Source: Botryllus schlosseri (Eukaryota). From it: a stretch of DNA of 64,000 nucleotides. The notes below the pieces were generated by a model. The model was not told the DNA's origin, searched no databases, and was given only the letters and a program-made list of their open reading frames with translations. Below are positions 32,264-47,100 of the stretch, piece after piece; the stretch's first letter is position 1, and each line of letters starts with the position of its first letter. The position numbers and the translations under genes were made by a program. Location of the stretch: positions 29,948,001 through 30,012,000 of the forward strand of contig CM119372.1 in assembly GCA_051294905.1 (NCBI GenBank), read 5' to 3'.

Positions 32264-34611
32264 CGGAGTTGGATCAATTACATTATTTCAGTTCAATTAC
32301 AATTACAATTACAATTACTTTCATGAATGTTTCCATTACATTACAATTACAATTACTCCATGCTGAAAATATCAAATTACAATTACAATTACAATTACTC
32401 CTTGTATGCTTCAATTACATTACAATTACAATTACAATTGCTGCTGTTGAACATGTAATTTAATAATCATAAATTCAACCGGGCTCCTTGACAACCGTAG
32501 CGTCGTATTTAACAACAATTCAAGTCTAGTTCAGATTGTGTAGTAATAAATGCGTTTATGTGCGTACATAGTATGCTATGTGAGATGTCATTGTGGCGTA
32601 ATATAAGCGTTTTTTGAATGCTCGGTAATTATGGCTCACGTCTTTGGAAATGTAAAATGTTATTTACCTAATTTCCTATGGGTTAGGATTAAGGATAGGG
32701 TGCAGTATGTCGTTGAAAAAGTATTATAATATATGCACGTGTTGGATTCGCGTCTATAGCAGGGGTCACCAACCTGGTGCCCGCGGGCACCAGGTAGCCC
32801 GCGAGGACCAGATGAGTGGCCCGCGAGCATGTTCTAAAAATAGATCGAATAGCAGCATTGCCAATATTCGTCAGATTATCACACTATAACATGCTGCGAC
32901 TTAGAAATGACAATACATATATATAAACACTTAAAATGATGATATCAAATATCCCCAATTACAATTAGTAATATAACAACATAGTAGAATAACAAGATAT
33001 CGAAGACGTAGAATAGGTGATATGACGGCATGCCATCCACGGTATTCTTGAAAGGGTGGGGGGTTCCGTTATGGTAGCTCGACGTCATGGACAATGCCAA
33101 AGCAGTAAACAACATTAGTATCCGGTAGCAAATGGTGGTGACGTACTAGCAGATGCAGTATGCGCAATGTGCATTGCATCTTTTGACACAGCTTGTCTCT
33201 CTTACACTCAACGCAATTTATAGTACCATGTTCCTAACTTTCTGTAATCGATGCTGTTGTCAGGTATATTGAAATCTGTCATGTCTGGATGCTGAACGGT
33301 TAGAGATTGAAATTGTACCACTGCAAAATCACCTCCACCTCAAAGCCCACAAGGCTGCAGCAAACTTTCTCTTGAAGTTTTACCGCTAGGCGATAACTGC
33401 CCAATGCTATGAATATCCAAGCGGAAATTGTGTCTGAAACGGGTAAACGGCGGGAGTAAATGGTAGCCCGTCGCTTCAATCAGTAACCAAAAGTAGCCCT
33501 TGGTTGCAAAAAGGTTGGTGACCCCTGGTCTATAGTATATAATTAAAGTAATAATATTATTTTTATCGAGGGACGTAGGAATTAGGATGAGGAGTGAAAA
33601 CAAAACCGTGCTTTGTCAGATAAGACGGTATATAATATCCAGTGGTCTGGTTAGTTAGCCAGACAGACAGACGAAATAACGATGCAACATCGTGATCTGA
33701 AATCGTAATGTAGATTGCCAACCCACTGATAGATGCGCAAGATGTGAGTCACGGATGAATGCACCGACAAACGTACTGCAGAGCCGGCTAAAAGCAGCAA
33801 ACTTTGTAGTCCTAGAGCTGGCGATCCATGCGTCCAAATTTGATGCATCTGGTCTTTATCGTAAGCTATTGATGTACTAATTCCGAAAATACAAAATAAA
33901 ATCTCGTCAGGGTAATGTAACTGCTCCAAATTAGCCGTTTAAGGCCGACTGTTCTGAAAAGTGAGAGCGCTGCAGCAGCATGACCACAACAATTACCAAT
34001 TACGCCCAGCGATTGTTCAGAACAATGCCGATTCCCAGACTTTCACGACTATTTTGGGATGGTACCATTGCCTGGAAATATACTTTTATTGCGGAATCAG
34101 TGCGACACTAGCCTTCGATTAGGACCATAAATATCAAATTTCGACGCTTGGATCGCCAGCTAGGGGAATATCAATTCTGCTGCTTTTAGCCGGCTCAGCA
34201 GTTTGCTTCTCGGCGTATTCAATCGTGAGTCACGTGTTGCGAATCCATCCGTTGGTTAGTAATCTAAAAATTGTATACAATGGCAGCCGAGGCCAGCATA
34301 GCGGTGAAAATAAAAAAAAACTTCGCCCGCAAGGGCTCAGTCAAGGGCTTCCGCGAATGGATCCACCAAATTCCTTGTCGACATTTAAAGAGAATGCATT
34401 ATATGTCAATTGTTTTTGTTGTGCTTGTCAGGTCTCAATAGCAATTTAATGTAATTGAAATTGTAATTGAGCAAAATTTTTGTCAAATTACAATTACAAT
34501 TACAATTACACAAAATAAAAATGCTTCAATTACAATTACATTACAATTACATTGAAAAATGTATTTAAATACATTAAATTACGATTACAAATTACAATTG
34601 ATCCAACTCTG
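32264..34611. mobile_element. Non-autonomous DNA element with (AATTAC)n subterminal arrays
   Basis: TIR C(G/A)GAGTTGGATCAATT at both ends; AATTAC arrays at 32275..32440 and 34485..34600. Confidence 0.7.
32760..33527. mobile_element. hAT-type MITE nested in the AATTAC element
   Basis: TIR CAGGGGTCACCAACC; perfect 8-bp TSD GTCTATAG. Confidence 0.9.
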
Positions 34612-34665
34612 CTACAGACCCATTACGAATTAAATATATTTAAACACTGGATGCTTTTCCATATG

Positions 34666-35746
34666 TGTATTTTGGTCTAGATTTTGTTTACTGATTATTA
34701 CCTCGGACGCTGATCATAGCGCGTGCGACTGATTGATTGCTCGTTAATTAGTTCGAATGGTGTTGTTTGATATTCGTGAATATTGGCACACGGAGCTCGT
34801 GTGACCAGTGGAGAGAGAGGTCGTTTTGTTGTTGTTGCGTTGCCGTTATGGCATTTAATGTTTTCATCTTTCAAATATATTTCGCACAAGCTATCGCGGC
34901 CCATCGACGATAATGGCCAGTTTCAAAGTGACGGATGTGTTGGCGCGGAATGATGGAGCGGGTGATATAGAAAAAAACAACAATCGTAACCCAGGTGTTT
35001 CTCGACGGTGATGCATTTGCCGTGTACGACCAGTTACCGGAGACTGAAAATGGTGACGAACATCGCATCGAAGAGGCTCTGTTGCGCGCCTTCGCCTGTG
35101 ATCAGCTTTTGGCGTATGGAAAATTCAAGACGAGGGTGTTGAGTGAAGGAGAATCGGTCGACGTTTTCCTTGCCGACTTGAAACGATTCGCAAAGTTGGC
35201 GGGTATCGCTCAAAACGATGACGAACAGCTGTTGAATTTATCTATCGTCTTGGGATGCCGAAACGTGTGGCTGCTCAGATAAGGGCGACAATAAAGGTGG
35301 AGCAGTTGAAATTGACTGAGGTGCCATCGATAGCACGTGTCCTCGTTACCTATCATGGGTTGGATGGTGCCGAGGTGAGCGCTGTTGCCAATTCATAAGA
35401 TGGAGAGAAGAGATGAGAGGCGGAGAGAGATGGAGAGAAGAGATGAGAAGCGGAGAGAGATGGAGAGAAGAGATGAGAGACGATGATGAATGGTGATGAA
35501 AAGTGATATTCATCACGGGGGAATGTATTTTGGTCTAGATTTTGTTTACTGATTGTTACCTCGGACGCTGATCATAGCGCGTGCGACTGATTGATTGCTC
35601 GTTAATTAGTTCGAATGGTGTTGTTTGATAGTCGTGAATATTGGCACACAGAGCTCGTGTGACCAGTGGAGAGAGAGGTCGTTTTGTTGTTGTTGCGTTG
35701 CCGTTATGGCATTTAACGTTTTCATATTTCAAATATATTTCGCACC
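34666..35746 (+). mobile_element. Internally deleted LTR retrotransposon (TRIM-like) with a gag remnant
   Basis: 223-bp LTRs (34666..34888, 35524..35746) with a few mismatches, TSD ATATG, purine tract before the 3' LTR, gag-like FLDGDAFAVYDQL...GESVDVFLADLKRFA (34995..35282), GA-rich tandem repeat 35397..35480. Confidence 0.85.
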
Positions 35747-36504
35747 ATATGTTCCTGTACTAAATCGTCCAGCCTACTACCCACAATGCAATTGTTTCTA
35801 GTGACCACGTAAATATCGCGAGTAGCACACTCCAGTGTTGATATAGCTCAGTGGATATGACAGAACAAAGTATAACACGCTGTTTCATGCCATTAACTGG
35901 GCGGTAGGGGTCCGATTCGGCATTGATCTTGAACTTGACCATTATGACAACTCACTGACCACGCCCATATGTAAATTGTTCATGTATTTTTGATTTTTCG
36001 ATATCTGACGAGCCGCGTGGCTTACGGTCATGGTTGACGGCTTGTTTGAAACCAGGCAACGGTGGCTACGCCCTGAGGCATCATTTTTGACTCTCTGACG
36101 CTACCCTGGGGGTCAGTCTGGAAATATGAGAGAGAGAAAGATTTTTTAGAAAAAAAATTTGTTTATTTAGTCTTATAAAAAACCCTAGACATGGCACGGG
36201 GTGTCGATCGAGGGCGGAAACGGTAGAAGGCTATACTCCGGCCACTTTTAAACTGGAACGACTCAGATTGAAGTCTTGGTGAGGTCACGGCATGAATTTG
36301 AAAAGTGATGGTCAGTTCTGCAAAAACTGACCCCCCCATTAAAAGGGTTAAGAAATCGATTTGTGACAAAAAATAAAATTTATATTTATAAAATACTCTT
36401 GCTTGGCTTGGCCTCTTTAGTTTTTAATTATAGAATTGCAGGGAAATTGTGAGTATAGATTGCTAACGGTACGTCACTGCCGATTCAATGCAATGTGCGC
36501 TAGT

Positions 36505-36930
36505 TAGGGTTACCTTTAGTTAACTTTCCAGTTGAACGAGCAGTAGCTATAGATATAAATAGCTCTCGATAACTTTCAAAACCAGAGGAAAATGCTGAAA
36601 AATAGTAAATTTTTCCCACTTCGCGGTCGCTTGACTAAAAAAGAAAAAGAGGCTCAACTCCCAGAAAATACAGTTTTTCTTTCAAATTAACAGGTGGTTG
36701 ACTGAAAAAAAGGTGAACTTTCCGGTCCAGCTCCCGAAATAGCCGCCGTAGCGTTCCTACAGTGCTGACTTAATGTATATCAGTCGAATTTGGCCCTATA
36801 TGTAACCACAATCCTCAAAATAGAAGACAAAATCTCAAAAAAGAAGATATTTGGGCGACCTCAGAGGACACTTTTTAAAAAATCTAAAAAGAGGACAAAT
36901 CATCTTAAAACAGGACGCATGGTAACCCTA
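36505..36930. mobile_element. MITE with TAGGGTTACC termini
   Basis: Inverted TAGGGTTACC / GGTAACCCTA ends and GAGGACA subterminal motifs; no clear TSD. Confidence 0.5.
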
Positions 36931-37438
36931 TGATAACTAGATGTGCAACGTGAATACGCTATTGGGTACTCTTCCGCAAGAAAAAAATACGCAAGATTTA
37001 TAGAAATGGGGATATCAACGTTGGCCATGACCGCACCAAAACGCACCAAGACATATGAAGTCTTAGGCCATGTAACATGTGACTCCAAGAAGTGTGTCAA
37101 AACGATCGGTAGCGAGAAAGCCTTGGCCGTAAAGGAATGCTTTTATGCTGGCCAAAAACTTCGAAATACCAAAAACTTCGTTATATAAACGAAATACAGA
37201 TAGGTTAATTTGTCCATAATATAGGCGCCTAAACGACTGACGCCGAATGTTCTTGTCTTGGCAATCCGAACCTCACAAGACGAGTACCATCCCGCAGGAA
37301 AGAAAATTATATGCCAGTGAAGAAATACCAATCTGAAATCGTGTGATCTTTCAGTTTAGTAGGTTCGGGAAATTCTACATTTTTTGATATAGCAGACATC
37401 ATGTAAAGAAGTCATACCTAGGGTTCCGCCCGCCTGAA

Positions 37439-37715
37439 GATGTTTAATTTTACGGGGTCTGCACTTTCAAAGACTCCTCTCACTCAGCTCTACCGGTAAA
37501 TCTGATTACGTGGGCAAAGAGGACAACCATGCAATTCCCGATCTTATTCACCGATTCATGATATACCCCCGGAGATGTTTAATTACTATTGAGGGGGCCT
37601 ATACCTTTTCAAACACTTTTCACTCAGCTCTACCGGTAATTCAGATTACGTGAACAGAGACAGGATGTAAGTTGATAGCAATACATGCAATTCCCGATCA
37701 TATTGACCGATTCAG
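37439..37715. repeat. Diverged tandem duplication (~135-150 bp unit)
   Basis: AGATGTTTAATT...CACTCAGCTCTACCGGTAA...CATGCAATTCCCGATC occurs twice. Confidence 0.7.
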
Positions 37716-38441
37716 TGATGAAAATATAGAAATTACTCGCGCTTCGCACGTTTATGCGAGAAAAACTGATTTACTCAACGGACACCCAATGCAACAGATA
37801 AGTAGCGGTAAACAGTGTACAGTTTTGAAATCTCGCCAGGGCAATAAAACTACTCCGAAATAGCCGATGACTGTTTGGGTCCGTTTCATAGCCCGACCGT
37901 ACTCTGAAATTCTAAATTTGGCCCTAACACCGGAAAAGTTTGGGAACCACTGACTTAAAAAGTTACGCGCGTTCCCACCATTTATGACGTCATTATCACG
38001 TATTTGACCTATGCGAGGTGTATTAACAAATTCTAGTGAACTAAGCCAGGGATGTCAAATATACGGCCCGTGGGCCGGATCCGGCCCGCCAGACGATTTT
38101 ATCCGGCCCGCATAGCAATTCTGAGTACATTGAAAAAAGATTATATTAGCCATCACATCCACAGTAATAAACCACATTACAACGTCCGCGTTGACTGTTA
38201 AATATCTTGTATTCATTGCAACGCATACGCAGGGCTAACGCCAGATTATGACTAAAGCAGGGATGGCCAACCTTTTTTGCATTCACGGCCGCATTTCGGC
38301 CACTCTTGTAGCCTGCTGCCGCATTCTAGGGCAAAGTCGTAATGAACGAGCTGCTGGACGCCAAATACCCAGGTTAAAGTGTCTATGTCCATTTCTGGTG
38401 AACTCCGGACTAATTTATTTAATGATAGACTTACTATGCGC

Positions 38442-38997
38442 CAGGGTTGTAATGACTCGAGTCACCCTTTTTAGATGACTCGACTCGACTCGAGTCATTT
38501 TCTCAAAATACGAAAATGACTCGACTCGACTCGAGTCAATCTGTGTATTGACTCGACTTGGACTCAAGTCATTGTGCATGACTCGAAGCAAGTCATTGAC
38601 TCGAGATTCAGCCGGCCAAGACCGACATTTCATTGTAATTTCGAAAGCAACACGCTATTGAGATTTCGTTTGTTGGTACTGGTGCTTGAAAATGCGACCA
38701 GAAACTGCTATAAGTGAGGAAAATTGATATATTATAAATTCAAACCATTCAATATCTCCAAACAGAGTTAAAAAAGTGGGTTTAGGAAGACTTTAACTGG
38801 AAACTGAGCAGTCAACACAATGACTTGGACTCGGACTCGAGTCATAATACCATGACTCGGACTCGATCGTCTGTTCGCTGACTTGGACTCGGACTTGACT
38901 CGGTGGGAATTGATAATGACTCGACTTGACTCGAGTCAAAAATATAAAAGTGAGATTGACTTGTGACTCGGAGCCTTGTGACTAGGTTACAACCCTG
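38442..38997. mobile_element. hAT-type MITE with (GACTC)n arrays
   Basis: TIR CAGGGTTGTAA; perfect 8-bp TSD CTATGCGC; inserted into an older MITE. Confidence 0.9.
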
Positions 38998-41184
38998 CTA
39001 TGCGCACCAAAATCGCGAGTGGTCACTGGTAATGTTAAGGAAGCAAGTTCTCATAGTCGTGCGAAGCGCGAAAAAAATTCAGATTCACCAATGAATTTCG
39101 TCATTGATATTAGTAGTTTTACATATTACCATCAAACATTTATCCTTTTTCATCCCGTGTGATCATATTAGCTGGTATAGAGTTGATGTAGGGAGTGTAT
39201 TCGAAAATTTAAAGCAAGTTATAAAGTATGATGCATGAGGCATTATCAGCCAGGGTTGATTGGATGTATGGATTTTTTTTTTCACCACCAGTCACAGGGA
39301 AAACAGCGTAATGAAATAACAATAACACACAACAAAAGTCAATTTATTTAATGCGATGGCTGCATTTGTTTATTTACCACTAGCTTGTCGATGCGTGGCA
39401 TACGTTTTCTTACAGCGCATCGAAAGTCATGTATGGGTGCAACAAGTCGGTTTCGTTTCTTAGACTAGTCATTAAGATTCACTTGTCGACTAGTCATTAG
39501 GGATGAAAATCCTTGCTCGCATTCCCACGTATAAGGGAAAATTAGCAGCTGGGGAATAGTGCGAGACCACGGCTTCAAAAAATTCAAAATCAACCTCTCC
39601 TGAACTAATAACACAGAATCTACTCGCGTACCACCTGGAAGACCTTCGCGTACCAGTGTCACGCGTACCACAGGTTGGGAACCACTGCTCTGCACAAAAA
39701 ACTGATCTCATTATCCGGCGCCTCTGTTCTCTATTAATTAATAAAATCATGTCTTGGTACTTATATCAACGAAGGTTTTTCCTACCACAAGCTGATTAAT
39801 TTCATCAACAACACAAGCTAAATGATCAATTTTGTAACGGACTATAATATATTCTCAATAATAAGGAGATAGTCATAGGGCAAGTTTTTGCAATTTTTGC
39901 AACTTTTTTTTACAGCTTCCGGCAGCTTCCCAAATACTCGTAAGATATGTAGAATGCCGTTTTAAGCTGTTAAAAGGAATCTTATAGTGCAACTTTTTGC
40001 AACTTTTGTCCTTTTTTTCATGAAAGTATTTTCGGTTTTGGTGAAATACACGGCCAAAGTCGACTGAAACACCGTAAATCAGCACCGAAGTACTGATATT
40101 TCGGGAGATGAGCCGCTAAATTGACCTTTTTTTAGTCAACCGAGCAAAATGTGGCCTTTTAGTGCAACTTTTGCAACTTTTGTCAAAAATAAATAAATAA
40201 ATGCTACTTTCCGCGGATTTAACTGCAACAAAAATTGCCCTAGTAATTATAACGTCCTCTTGATGAGACTACAATATCGATTACATGCTCTAAAACGGGG
40301 ACGGGGGCAATACGGCCCGCGGGCAGAATTTCGACCGGCCGGTATTTTGACCTGCCCTCAAAGAGTTTGTACTATGAAAATGAAATTATGTTCTGAAAGT
40401 ATTGACAAATTTTATCCGTCACAGAATGAATCTAAGTTTGCCAATGTGAGAAAGATGGACATGAAACTACTTGCTCTGTTAAGGTGCGTACATACATACC
40501 ATGAACATTACAGATACAAGGCTGCGTTTCAATATAACAGATGTTCACGAGCAGTCTTTACTACGGGGTTTGTACATACGACATGCAGCCATAGAGTTCA
40601 AAGAATGTGTGGACAACTCTGACCAACCACAGATGTCTGAATGACTTCAGCAGCTACTGTAAATATATTCAATAAATATTGTTTTTGGTCTCGATGCTGT
40701 AAACTTAAAGTTTACGGTTTATTCCTTGTATAGGTGGGTAAATACGCGAATAATGTATATGTTCTGTAATCCGGCCCGTCAAGTGCATAATTTTCCCATG
40801 TCCGGCCTGCTGACCGGAGAAGTGGCCCGCCCCTGCTCTAAAATATTGGTTGTATAAGTTGTCCGCGTTAAATGTCTCATAAATGATGTTACGCCTTGCA
40901 CAGAGCATCGATAAGGAAAGAAATCGATTTCAGCGTATGTAATGCATTCGCTTTCGTAAATTTGCTATGGAATTCACAATTATTCATATGAGTAAATTCA
41001 GGCTCTTGAAGATGGCTAGAAGTAGCGATACTAGAACTTGACCAGAATGGTACGTCTACGATATATCCCTGTACACCATTTTCCACTATCCCGATGGGGA
41101 ATTAAACGCGAATATTCAAGTGCAAATGAATTTATTCTGATTCTGATTCACGATCGATGTCAGTGATAGATGACCGTGGCTTAA

Positions 41185-44100
41185 TCAGAACGGCTTGATG
41201 CTAAAGCAGTGACCGTGGACGAATTCTAATCTCATGGAGATGTGATTGTGCAATCCCTGAGGATAAATACGGATATATCGGCAGGAGAGTACCGTCGGGA
41301 ATCGATTGTAGACCTTGGTCTCATTGTCAGAGTTCCCCGTGTAGATCTGCGGACCAAGTACAGAGGTTAGCAATTATATCAGGTCATCTAGACCAGTAAT
41401 TCTTAACCTTCTTGCGTGTTTCAGTGGACTATCATTTTCATGCTGCGACTATAATAACTTTTAAAGCCTGGAAATTGATTCGAAATCGCAAAAAATGAGA
41501 TGATTTAATTTGGTCTAGTCGAGGAAAAATATTAATAACTAAAAACTAAAATGTTGACGATGACTCAAAAAATTCTACTTTGCACCCCATTCACCCCCCA
41601 AAAAATTACATTGGTCTACAAATTTCGAAAAAAATTGTGCGCCAAAAATTTTAATGGTTGATCTAGGGCTAGGCTGATTCAAAGTTGCTGAATCCGATTA
41701 TGTGCTCAGAATTTCTCTATCACGTCAGACTTTTCCGGCATAAATTTTTCTCATTTTCACAAATTAATCAAATTTCAGTTTTCGTTAGTGACATCACGGT
41801 AAGCATACAACAGCAACAGAGCATATATTGTTATAGAAATCATCTATCATGAAACCTGGGTTGTTGTAGTACAGAATGAGTGAGTTTCCCATGAACTTGA
41901 ACCTAGTGATTCTCTGTCTTCGTTCAATAAGAAGCCGTTTTCGACCCATAAAATTACACTGGTCTACAAATTTCAAACATAATTTTGCCCAAAAGTTTTT
42001 AATGATTGATTCAAGCTAATATTACGTTGCTGAAAGCGATTTTATGCTCAGAATTTTTCTAATACGTGAGATTTTTTCGGTATGTATTTTTCTCATTTTT
42101 TAAAATTAATCAAATTTCGGCTTTCGTTAGTGATATTACGGTGAGGATACAACAGCAACAGATCAAATATTGTTATTGAAGTTATCTACAATGATGAAAC
42201 CTGGGCTGTTGTAGAACAGCATAACTGAGTTTACCGTGAACTTGAATCCAGTGTTTCTCTATCTTCTTTCGATCAGGACCTCTTTTTACCCATAAATTTA
42301 TATGTGGATGCAACTTTATTTAGTCGGTAGCAGTTATCATCTTTATACACCACTCTTCGTTTAAAGATTGTGATTAGTAGCTCCGTACTTAACTTAGTTC
42401 CCTACGTTATCTATTTTTATACATCTGTCCTGCAGACTTAATCGGCCAATGCATTTAATGACAGCACACTGCTCTTTCGTAAAACGAAAAGCTTGCAAAC
42501 AATAAACATTGTATTGTTGGTATATTATGTAGAAAAAAATTGTTCACTCCGGTGCAGGACCCAAATATGTGGCCCTTTAAGCTTGTTTTGAAACAGTGAA
42601 ATAAAACAGGATGTCTGCTTTTTCAAAGAAAAAAGTGCTTATCATGATAACTTGAAAGAATTTATCATCAGTAATCTCCGCCTGTACTTATCATGTTAAT
42701 TTTTCTTCTCCAGTTTCCATATGCCGTCGCATTTTATCGGAATCGAGGAAAGAAGTTGCTGAACTGTTTTTTTTAGTTTATTGCCATGATATAAAGGGAT
42801 TCGTTTGCATGGTCTATTATAGAGAACCAAATAAATGGAGACTGCTTACTAATAGCTCAACACGAAACCTGAAGTGAGAGTTACTTCACAATATAAATAA
42901 ATATGCATCGATTCTAGCACAGTCGATCAGTCTCGACACACTGGCGTAGCAGCATGTGCTGCCGCCCCTGGCTCTCGCTTAAAATGCCGCCCCCCTAAGT
43001 AGACCCAGCTAATATCAATATAGATTCATGTTCAAACAATCTTGTCAATAAAAATAATTACAAGTAATATGCCGCGTCTCAGCCTCACGGTCTCAACGTT
43101 AATAAGGCCAAAAATATTAAGGACAAGAAATAGCTAACGGGTGTATTGTGGAAATAGAAAATCAATAGCCGTCTCAAAACTTAACTTTTCGGGCTTTGCC
43201 GATGAAAAATCAGCGATAATATCCTCAAATTCAAGATTTTGAACGTAGTCTCTTTCTATAGACCAGTGGTTCTCAACCGGGGGTCCGCGGACCCCTGGTG
43301 GTCCACGAAGCATTTTCAGGGGATCTCCGAAGCCTCTGGTCATTATAAAGTCATTGGTAACCTAATTTACATTTTTCTAATTAGGAAAAGCATGGGACAG
43401 TTCTCGCTTCGCTTCATAATTACTGAAACTTTAGGACTCACGTCATTAAAATGGTCGTCTGAGATGAAGTATCCGACTGTGCAAACTCATTTTATTGTCA
43501 ACTTACCAATGGCATGCCGATGCAAACATATATTGCTGTTTATAAATGTTTTGTTAAGGTTTCTGAAAAATTAAATGTTGGAGATAGCATTTTGGATTTG
43601 CAGTTGTCAGTCGCAGCAAATTTGTAAACATTCGTTTGAAATAAAAGTTCCTGAACTTTTTTCCTGATCTGTCACAATGAAGGAATTGAAACCGCGCCAT
43701 TTTCTTCTGTGATATAACCACTACATACCTTAAAGATGAGATGCTAGATAGAAATGACTACATAGGCTGCGTGGACATGATATGTTCATTACAAACACAC
43801 ACAAAAACCTATCGTCGGAAGCGTTACGCGTTAATATTAGGCTACATTCACCACCAATATATCTTTGTGGAAATGGACTTTCGGCACTCGTTCATATCCA
43901 ACCAAAGATGAGAATTTTCAAAACAATAAATACAGGTGGAAAATTCGTTTCGAAATATTAAAAGTCTACCTAATTTCGACATATAGGGTGATGTTATTTT
44001 CAGAGGTGGTCAAAGTAGTCAAGAAATCTACTCAAGTAGAAGTAGAAGTAGCGACGAAAAAATCTGCTCAAGTACGAGTAGAAGTACTTCTTCTTTAAAC

Positions 44101-47100
44101 AACCTAAAACTACTTGAAGTAGAAGTAGAATTGACTGACTTTAAATGTACTCAAATGGATTGTAAAAAGGTGCAAATTGAGCTATGCGATAGGTTACAAG
44201 CTTGAATTATATTGATGCATACCAGCAGGTATCCAATTTTCGATAGCATAAGCATTCGTCCACATCATGGGATGACAATGATAGTATTGATAAGGAAATG
44301 CGATACTAATCCTCTGTTTTCTCGTGCAGCACGTTTTAAAAAAAAGCATCGTATAGCGCCATTCCCCATATTATAAGGCCCGAAGTTCAGTCGAAGAGCA
44401 ATACGGAGAAATTGTATAGGATACGGTGTAAACACTTTGCGCGATTAGTAAACGTTAATAAAAATTATGGTGGACCGTAAAAAGGCCATATTGTGTAGCA
44501 TTATTTCCAGAAATTAAAGGCATTATTACACTTGCTTTTATACTTCAACATGTATGTTTTCCAGACAAAAGAACTGATATTAATTATAACTCAAAGTATA
44601 TGATACTGGTAATTGAAAGTGAAATATCAATACTACTTCTAAAAGCCGAACATGCATTTCATATTTTTAGTCCAGAAAGTTTCAAAGGTGGTATGCTAAA
44701 ACAGCTCTAAAACTAAAAAAAAAGGTCAGAGTCCACTTTTCCAGATTAGGACACGCCATGGACATGCTAAATTACGATATGACAAGTAAATGCTAGATTA
44801 CGAAACATCAGTTTCAAACGTTATGATGAGCCATGTATACTGTGATGAAATATTTGATATGGGCGAAGGGCGACAATGTGGTGTGAACGGAACCACGCCA
44901 ACCCTCTACATAAATTATATTCACCGATACTTTCGTGAAATCATACTGGTCACTCCGTATCCACTGCGCGCGAAGCGCGACGAAAATTCTGGGCTTTAAT
45001 CAACTTTTATGAAAATTAAATGTTGATACTCCGTGAAAACAGCCCCGAACTTCCTCAGGCTATCTTCCTGATTGGAAGATTGAACTACTTCTACTTGACA
45101 AACTGAAAAGAGTGAAAAGTAAGTAAGTAGATCACAAAATATTACAAAGTAGAAGTAGCTAAAATCAGATCTACTTGAGTAAGTACCAGAAGTAGAGGAT
45201 AACTACTTGAGTACTTCGAAAAAGTAGAAGTACTTCGTTACTGACCACCTCTGGTTATTTTGAGTAAAATTCATTTTCTGGCTGTTTATTACTAACCTAA
45301 AATCAATGTTTGCACAAGACAGTTGGCGGTTGCACGATAATTGAGCTAATTTTGAACGAAAACTTGAGGGGGTCCACGGGGGTCTGTGGCGGTTCAAAAG
45401 TGGTCCGCGAAGACAAAAATGTTGAGAACCACTGCTATCGATAGAGCTGATAGCCGATCATCATTCATGGGAGATTGTAAATAAGACTTAATCAGTTTGT
45501 ACTTTGAGAAGCTCCTTGCACAGCCCTCAATTGAAAGACCAATGGTCAGATTAAGTTCCGCACACGAGTATAAATATGGTGTCGAATGAGGTAGCTTTGT
45601 ATTAACTAACCAACCATTGTTAGGAACACGCGGTCTTGACGGCTATTTCGGAATGGTTCCATTGTCATGTTAACATTGTTTGTTTGTTTTGCGTATTCAT
45701 GGTGTTTGTTGACTACTATGGTCATTTACACCAGACCGGTATTCTTCTTATTTTCCATAACTGCCGACTTATAGCACGGCTCACCTCTAGGCTTTTGTAT
45801 GACACCGCTGTCGCGGATGGGGTGACGAGGAGGAGCCTAGGTAAACCTCCAACACTTAGGTATCGGGATTCTGAAGTCGACCTCGGTCGGACTCGAACCC
45901 GCTCCCATTGGTGTTGCAGCCACGGATTATGCCACTGCGCTACCTCGCAACCTTGTCATGTTAACATAATAATGCGTGTTTTACGAATTAGCGTGACACT
46001 AGTTTTCGTGACCAGTTTTATTAAATTTTAGCTCACGGGACGCCAGCTATAGCACTACCAATTACGCTGCTTTAGCCAGCTGTGTACTGTACACTGTGTT
46101 AGCCTCATTTTGCCGCCCCCTTGGAGCCTGCCGCCCCTGGCGCAGAGCCAGAACCGCCAAGTGGCTGCTACGCCACTGTCTCGACATAGGACATTCTGTG
46201 GCCTAAACCAAATAACATGTTTTCTATGATGGAACAGAGCCAGATATGAGAATTGGCTAACTTCTAGTGATGTGTTTAAATAGTTTCCAGGCTTTTTGTC
46301 AGTGTTTTGCATGATTAAACGCCAGTTCTAATTACAAAAAGCTTTACATTTTTGGTGGTTTCTGATTTGCCGTAACATTTTACTATGGACTAGAGTTGGT
46401 CGAAGTGATCGGCGTTGCTACTCAAGAAGCACAGCTAACGCCTTACATTTCTACTCAATTACAAGTAGAAGTAGAAGTAGTAATTTATAAGACATGTGAA
46501 AACTATTTTAAGTGGAAGACGAAATGGAAGGTATGAGAGTTACTAAAAGCCAGTAAATATCCAAGTATACTTGATCGGCAGGGGGAGGAAGAGAGTGGTC
46601 GCATGCTTTCAACAGTTAGTTGGAGGTGGCTACATATGAAATCGCAAGATGTATCGTCGCAGCTAACGCAAAACTACTATAATGACACCACCCATGGGTT
46701 GAATCTATGAAAAAAAATTCAGTTGTCTTGATTTTGAGGCTATTTCCCGCGTTTCTCATGACAATTTAACTCATGATAGTGGTGCAATATTATCCCTGAA
46801 CTACTTTCTACTTTACAAAAAACAAATTAGTCATGCAGAATACTGTTCAGGTAGATGTTGAAGTAGTTGTAAAACATTACTACTTCAGTAAGTACTGCAA
46901 GTAGCTAAAATCTACTTGAGTACCGCGAAAAAGTAGAAATGTTGAACATATATATTATCTCAAAAACGTGATGTGATGGAGCAAAATTAGTGTCAGATTC
47001 GTATTCAGCGCCCCCACATTAGATATTATTGACAAAAAAAAGTCCTGGCGCAAAACTCGTGCTGACCAATGTTATCAGTCATACACCCCTATATCTGACG

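Noticed and set aside
32275..38997. CRISPR-like or telomere-like arrays (AATTAC, GACTC repeats)
   Set aside because: They are 5-6-bp subterminal repeats inside TIR-bounded elements, with no unique spacers and no cas genes.
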